64,000 nucleotides of DNA from a virus, in the IMG/VR virus record IMGVR_UViG_3300023208_000003, positions 133,100 through 197,099 of that record; one strand, written 5' to 3'. This document shows, piece by piece, positions 59,834 to 64,000 of the stretch (position 1 is the stretch's first letter; the number at the start of each line of letters is the position of its first letter). Made by a program: the position numbers and the translations under genes. The notes beneath the pieces were generated by a model that saw nothing but the letters and a program-made list of their open reading frames with translations, did not search any database and was not told the origin of the DNA.

Positions 59834-60217
59834 ATGAAAAAAATATTGTTAATTTTAGCCTTGACAGGAACACTCTCAAGCTGTATGAATTTAAATTTTG
59901 ATAATCTTGAATATGATAGATTTATCACAGTAAAACAACTTGCGCAACGAGGTGAGCTTTTTTGCGGGAAAAATGAAGCAAGTTTATTCGCTAAACAATT
60001 AAAGGAAATGATGGTTCACCAAAGTATTTATGCTGAAAATCGTGGTGGCCGACCTAATATTAAGTCTGCCACAGCAGAACTTGATAAGCTTGTTGATGAG
60101 CTTAATGTTCGTTTTGATAAACCTACACCGCCGTCTGAAGCTTACTGTAAGCAAAAATTCGCTGATATTCGCGATGGTGCAACTGACATTGTGTTTGCTA
60201 TTGGCAAACTTCAATAA
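59834..60217 (+). CDS. Predicted lipoprotein
   Basis: MKKILLILALTGTLSSC lipobox. Confidence 0.7.
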   Translation: MKKILLILALTGTLSSCMNLNFDNLEYDRFITVKQLAQRGELFCGKNEASLFAKQLKEMMVHQSIYAENRGGRPNIKSATAELDKLVDELNVRFDKPTPPSEAYCKQKFADIRDGATDIVFAIGKLQ

Positions 60218-60231
60218 AGGAGACAAAACAA

Positions 60232-60477
60232 ATGTTAACAATTAACGACATTCTACTTTCGCCAATTCCAGAAGTTAAAGAATTGGGTCAGCGCGCCGCC
60301 GCTTTAAAAAAGCAATTTGATGAAAAACAGATTAGTGAAGATGAATTTAATGAGCTTTTAGAAGATATCAAGAGCTTAAACAACATTCATAAAGAAATGG
60401 TTTCACTCGAAACCTGGCGCGAGCTTCTTAAGGCTGTACAAATTTTGGATATGATTCGCCACTGGGCACCATTTTAA
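60232..60477 (+). CDS. Hypothetical protein
   Basis: SD AAGGAG. Confidence 0.65.
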   Translation: MLTINDILLSPIPEVKELGQRAAALKKQFDEKQISEDEFNELLEDIKSLNNIHKEMVSLETWRELLKAVQILDMIRHWAPF

Positions 60478-60563
60478 GATTTTGTGATAAAATTGCTTTC
60501 TTTATTAAAGTAATTATAAATAATAAAAATTCTATCCTAGATAAATCTTAAGGAGATACCAAA

Positions 60564-61148
60564 ATGGCATTTGACACATTAACAGAATTACTTGCCCTCA
60601 ATGAGGGCAAAGCTTGCAAGACTTCTGGAAAACTAGTTAGCAAGAAAAAGAAAATCGTAAAAGAAAATGTTGGATTACTCCACATAGAAGTACCATTTAA
60701 CGGTGTTGAAGATGAAGCCGATGTTTTAGCGCAGTTTAACGTTAAACTTATAAAAACCACAAAATTACATACTGGCGGCGGAAACACTGAAGCAACTCTA
60801 GAAGGAACTGAAGAAAATCTTCGTCAGCTTTTAGCTCATGTATGGGATATGAGCGAAGATGAACCTGAAATTGACGAAGTATTTGAGACGGCAGTTCCAG
60901 CAAACACAAATCAGCATGTTCATGACACTGCTGCGCAGGTTAGAAATAAAGAGCATTTCATTACAACTACTCCTTTTAGTGCAACTCATTTCAACGAAGA
61001 ACATGAAGAAGAAATTCCTGTAAACACTGTGTTAAAAGTTCACAGTAAAACAAATGGAACAGTTGTTTTTGATTGTATGATTGATGGAAATGACGAAACT
61101 TGGACAGTTGATATTGAAACTTTCGTAGATAACACAGATCCAATTTAA
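60564..61148 (+). CDS. Hypothetical late protein
   Basis: TATAAATA at 60515; SD AAGGAG. Confidence 0.7.
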   Translation: MAFDTLTELLALNEGKACKTSGKLVSKKKKIVKENVGLLHIEVPFNGVEDEADVLAQFNVKLIKTTKLHTGGGNTEATLEGTEENLRQLLAHVWDMSEDEPEIDEVFETAVPANTNQHVHDTAAQVRNKEHFITTTPFSATHFNEEHEEEIPVNTVLKVHSKTNGTVVFDCMIDGNDETWTVDIETFVDNTDPI

Positions 61149-61259
61149 AAAATGTAAATAACAGTGTACTTTTTATTCCATAATGATATAATAGCTCACA
61201 TCAAAACATTGTTGAAACCGTATAAATAAAGCTATACAAACACAAACCTTTTGGAGTTT

Positions 61260-61376
61260 ATGAACAAACAAGCAATCAGTACTATCGTCAATCCATCCTA
61301 TTCACTAGGAGGCTTAGGATATGCGCCGGTGCTTGCGTCCTCAAATCCAACAAATTCGAGGAACTCTTTCTTGTAA
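61260..61376 (+). CDS. 38-aa leader-peptide-like ORF
   Basis: Late promoter at 61221, SD GGAG, terminator immediately downstream. Confidence 0.4.
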   Translation: MNKQAISTIVNPSYSLGGLGYAPVLASSNPTNSRNSFL

Positions 61377-61402
61377 AGCTTAAAGGATTAAAAAGTTTGC
61401 AG

Positions 61403-61433
61403 AAAGGGTTTCTCTAAAAAGAAACCCTTTTTT
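61403..61433 (+). terminator. Intrinsic terminator
   Basis: AAAGGGTTTCT / AGAAACCCTTT plus T-run. Confidence 0.75.
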
Positions 61434-61667
61434 GTTATGGAGGTACAGCATGCAAACTTTAAGAATGAAACAAACGTTAAAGAGAGCTGGTTGTTGCTGT
61501 AAACCAGCAAAAAAATTTAAAGAAAGTGAAAAAAGTACAAATTTTTTTAAAAAACTATGTACAATGCTGAAGAATATAGTATAATAGTTACACATTCAAC
61601 AAAAATTGAATGTAAAAATCAACTCCTTTAGCGAGCTCTGATTGTTTTTTAACAACTTGATTTATCT

Positions 61668-61742
61668 AGGTTCGTAGCTCAGAGGCAGAGCGTTGCCCTT
61701 ACAAGGCAAATGTCGGGATTTCGAAATTCCCCGAACCTACCA
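61668..61742 (+). tRNA. tRNA-Val(TAC)
   Basis: Full cloverleaf; TTGCC-CT-TAC-AA-GGCAA; encoded CCA. Confidence 0.92.
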
Positions 61743-61745
61743 TTT

Positions 61746-61817
61746 AATCGTCGGGTCGGTTGGAGAGGCGACATCTTTACAAGGTGTACAAACCGGGTTC
61801 GATTCCCGGGACGGTTA
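61746..61817 (+). tRNA. tRNA-Val(TAC), degenerate D-arm
   Basis: AATCGTC/GACGGTT acceptor, ACATC-TT-TAC-AA-GGTGT, canonical T-arm; no CCA. Confidence 0.6.
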
Positions 61818-61824
61818 CGGTTAC

Positions 61825-61953
61825 TGTGACTTGATGTATTGGTTAGTACGCGAAAAAAGTCGTCTGCGCCTCTTGTTTCGAAAGAAACCGTTTGTGGATG
61901 GTTATCTCACGCATAAGGGCGAAGACCAGGTTCGAATCCTGAGGTCACAACCA
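61825..61953 (+). tRNA. tRNA-like gene, anticodon CAT, with about 50 nt of insertions
   Basis: TGTGACT/GGTCACA-A-CCA and T-loop TTCGAAT; anticodon stem halves CGCCT and GGGCG are separated by a 38-nt insert. Confidence 0.5.
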
Positions 61954-61956
61954 ATT

Positions 61957-62048
61957 GGAGAAATGACAGAGTGGACTATCGTGCTACCCTGGAAAGGTAG
62001 AGGACCTGAAATATGGTTCCGTGGGTTCGAATCCCACTTTCTCCGCCA
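61957..62048 (+). tRNA. tRNA-Ser(GGA)
   Basis: Long variable arm, G73, CCA. Confidence 0.92.
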
Positions 62049-62237
62049 AATTTATTGTACATTTTGGATTTTTGTGTTAGAATTTGTTTTTGAATTTTCT
62101 GGAGCTGGCGACCCGTAAGGACTCCTTCGATAAGGAGGAAGCTCCATCGCCATCTATGAAAGAAAGCGGTTGAGGAGTTGTTGTGTTAACATCCGACAAC
62201 AAGACAACTGGAGGATCCGTAACCTCCACCTAAATTT

Positions 62238-62328
62238 GGGTTTCGAAAGTAAGGATGGGTGGTCCCGTCAGCCGGCTGTAACCCGGTTCCCTCGTGGCAA
62301 GCAGTTCGATTCTAGCCGAGACCCACCA
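62238..62328 (+). tRNA. Non-canonical tRNA-Tyr(GTA)-like gene
   Basis: 8-bp acceptor GGGTTTCG/CGAGACCC-A-CCA; 6-bp D stem with TGGT loop; CT-GTA-AC loop; bulged T-stem. Confidence 0.6.
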
Positions 62329-62332
62329 ATTT

Positions 62333-62417
62333 GGATAAGCGGGGACGTGGGAGAGTCTCACCTGACTGTAAATCAGGCGCTTCGGCTGAGTAGGTTCGAA
62401 TCCTACCTTATCCACCA
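62333..62417 (+). tRNA. tRNA-Tyr(GTA)
   Basis: CCTGA-CT-GTA-AA-TCAGG; type II variable arm; CCA. Confidence 0.9.
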
Positions 62418-62424
62418 AATTTTT

Positions 62425-62500
62425 ACTCTCGTAGCCCAATTGGCAGAGGCGGAAGGTTTAAGCCCTTCTTTATGTGTGGGTTCGAATCCGACCGAGAGTA
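62425..62500 (+). tRNA. tRNA-Leu(TAA), short variable region
   Basis: GAAGG-TT-TAA-GC-CCTTC; no CCA. Confidence 0.8.
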
Positions 62501-62502
62501 CA

Positions 62503-62574
62503 GTGAAACCGAAAGAAAAATGGTTATCTTACTTTTACTGAGAAAAACCCCGTTTTTCGCTTATTTTGTTTCAC
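62503..62574 (+). ncRNA. Inter-tRNA structured element, copy A
   Basis: GTGAAAC/GTTTCAC outer stem; AAAAATGG/CCGTTTTT inner stem; TTATCT core. Confidence 0.6.
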
Positions 62575-62579
62575 ACTTT

Positions 62580-62656
62580 GCGGGTATAGCTCAATTGGCC
62601 AGAGCGCCGTCCTTCCAAGTCGGAGGTTGTCGGTTCGAGACCGTCTACCCGCTCCA
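62580..62656 (+). tRNA. tRNA-Gly(TCC)
   Basis: Canonical cloverleaf, U73, CCA. Confidence 0.92.
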
Positions 62657-62722
62657 AAATAAAGTTGTACTTTTTGATTTTTGTGTTATAATTATTCCAT
62701 CAAATCAAAATGATGAAAAAGG

Positions 62723-62899
62723 ATGAACGCTCAACAACTGTTAGACACGCTTCTTAGTCTTCAAGCTCAAGGAGCTAATTTACAAATGTTAGATGTAATG
62801 ACTCTTCAATCAAGGACTGATGAAGATTACAATTCATGGATGGAAGAAAGCTGGCCTGGTAATGTTGAAGTTAACGGCTCTGAACTGAGGATTTACTAA
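62723..62899 (+). CDS. Small hypothetical protein (58 aa)
   Basis: Follows the early promoter 62665-62692; not in the ORF track. Confidence 0.45.
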   Translation: MNAQQLLDTLLSLQAQGANLQMLDVMTLQSRTDEDYNSWMEESWPGNVEVNGSELRIY

Positions 62900-62900
62900 A

Positions 62901-63047
62901 ATGATTTGTTATAATTCGATGGCTGAAGCTTGGATAGATGATGAAGATGATTCATTTTACGTGGACATGACACCTGAAGGTGGAGAACCTGATTTTGAGT
63001 TTGAAACTCAGGAGGAGTTTTGGAACTGGTACAACAGTTCAGATTAA
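62901..63047 (+). CDS. Small acidic hypothetical protein (48 aa)
   Basis: Starts 1 nt after the previous stop. Confidence 0.45.
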   Translation: MICYNSMAEAWIDDEDDSFYVDMTPEGGEPDFEFETQEEFWNWYNSSD

Positions 63048-63053
63048 AAAATT

Positions 63054-63128
63054 GCCGTCGTAGCCCAATTGGCAGAGGCGCTACGCTAAGAACGTAGTTA
63101 TGTAGGAGTTCAAATCTCCTCGACGGTA
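63054..63128 (+). tRNA. tRNA-Leu(AAG), short variable region
   Basis: CTACG-CT-AAG-AA-CGTAG; D-arm identical to the Leu(TAA) gene; no CCA. Confidence 0.8.
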
Positions 63129-63131
63129 CAA

Positions 63132-63197
63132 GTGAAACCGCTTTTTAACGATTATCTTATTGGAAAGAAAAAACTCGTTAAATCTTTTTTGTTTCAC
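63132..63197 (+). ncRNA. Inter-tRNA structured element, copy B
   Basis: GTGAAAC/GTTTCAC; TTTAACGA/TCGTTAAA; TTATCT. Confidence 0.6.
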
Positions 63198-63202
63198 GAT
63201 TT

Positions 63203-63285
63203 TCCGGAGTAGGAAAACGGTAACCCCAGGGCACTGTTAATGCTCCGCCGAAAGGCAACTGTCCGTTCGAGTCGGACCTCCGGAG
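63203..63285 (+). tRNA. tRNA with Asn anticodon (GTT) and a long variable arm
   Basis: TCCGGAG/CTCCGGA-G; GGGCA-CT-GTT-AA-TGCTC; GCC-GAAA-GGC extra arm. Confidence 0.8.
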
Positions 63286-63295
63286 CAAAAATTAT

Positions 63296-63368
63296 TGGCT
63301 TGTAGCTCAGTCGGTAGAGCGGGTGATTGTTAATCACTAGGTCGGGGGTTCGAACCCCTCCGGGCCAG
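63296..63368 (+). tRNA. tRNA-Asn(GTT)
   Basis: Canonical cloverleaf, G73. Confidence 0.9.
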
Positions 63369-63674
63369 CATGGGACGAAAGAACATTTAAGGCGAGCGTC
63401 ATACGTTATTTGATGTCTCAACTTAAAAATAGGTTATCGTAAGGTAACCGTCGGTGACGTAGATCATCGTGCAGCGTAAGCAAACTGGTAAGCTATGAAG
63501 CAACCCAGCAAACACTAAAACCGGTCCTGGTAAATATCGAGCGCTCTCGAGGCAGTGGTTTGGTAAAGGCTGGAATTGTTAAGAAGGATGAGGTGGGAGT
63601 TGATCACCCACTAATTTCTAAGTAGTCGGCTCCTGTAAAGTTTGCACATCTACATTAATTTTAGAGAGGTTGAA

Positions 63675-63836
63675 ATGTTTGTAAGAGGTTCAATTGTTCG
63701 TTCTGTAAATGGTGGTCCTGAAATGGAAGTTTTAGGAGTTTCCAATGATGGAAAGATTATGTGTAGGACTTTTGATGAAACATTTCAAGAGTGGTACATC
63801 ATTCAAATTTCTCAAGAATGGTTGATGTACGCGTAA
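63675..63836 (+). CDS. Small hypothetical protein (YodC-like pattern)
   Basis: SD GAGGT before ATG; GSIVRSVNGGPEMEV. Confidence 0.6.
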   Translation: MFVRGSIVRSVNGGPEMEVLGVSNDGKIMCRTFDETFQEWYIIQISQEWLMYA

Positions 63837-63842
63837 GGTTTA

Positions 63843-63908
63843 AATCAAACCGCTTGGTAACGGTTATCTTTTGGGTAGACTAGTCCGTTTCCTACTTTTT
63901 GTTTGATT
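63843..63908 (+). ncRNA. Inter-tRNA structured element, copy C
   Basis: AATCAAAC/GTTTGATT (compensatory changes relative to A and B); AACGG/CCGTT; TTATCT. Confidence 0.6.
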
Positions 63909-63912
63909 ATTT

Positions 63913-63986
63913 CTCCGAGTGGGTCAATTTGGTCGACCACTTGCTTTGGGAGCAAGCTTATGCAGGTTCAAATCCTGTCTCGGAGA
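63913..63986 (+). tRNA. tRNA-Pro(TGG)
   Basis: CTCCGAG/CTCGGAG-A; CTTGC-TT-TGG-GA-GCAAG. Confidence 0.9.
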
Positions 63987-64000
63987 CAAAAATTTTCGGG

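Noticed and set aside
62503-63197. Spacer element as an HDV-like theta ribozyme
   Set aside because: The position after tRNA 3' ends is suggestive, but the stems are nested rather than a double pseudoknot, and no HDV-type L3 or catalytic C strand is evident.
61693-63421. ORF-track entries across the tRNA array (61693, 62170, 62230, 62472, 63194)
   Set aside because: They overlap well-formed tRNA genes; spurious frames caused by higher GC.
1-64000. Stop-codon recoding (alternative genetic code)
   Set aside because: Core genes are intact in the standard code, TAA, TAG and TGA all terminate genes, and no suppressor tRNA appears in the window.

Overview
A 64-kb, AT-rich, mostly plus-strand segment of a large T4-like (jumbo-type) myophage genome, read in the standard genetic code. 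Left to right it contains: a vWA/metallopeptidase gene; an array of 12 diverged paralogs (LRR-like repeats, invariant C-terminal DCKAELIEKGLSEYAKL-type tail, N-termini like T4 capsid-targeting sequences) interleaved with head-completion, tail-tube and terminase genes; a terminase large subunit broken by an atypically split intein with a free-standing HNH gene between the halves; a host-like plcP/agt/SCO cassette resembling the bacterial phosphate-starvation lipid-remodelling pair; replication, recombination and nucleotide genes (ssb, uvsX/Y/W, nrdAB, glutaredoxin, dCMP deaminase, clamp loader, NAD ligase, a two-gene minimal DnaE-like polymerase); an endolysin and a large tail-fibre-like protein; an RNA-repair/nucleotide-processing set (HD-Pnk, RNA ligase, 2H phosphoesterase, nucleotidyltransferase, HADs); a circularly permuted two-piece tmRNA about 0.8 kb from an SspB ClpXP adaptor; and the start of a tRNA array. 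The array holds several non-canonical tRNAs and a thrice-repeated structured spacer RNA showing covariation. All family calls come from motifs read by eye; no database search was run.
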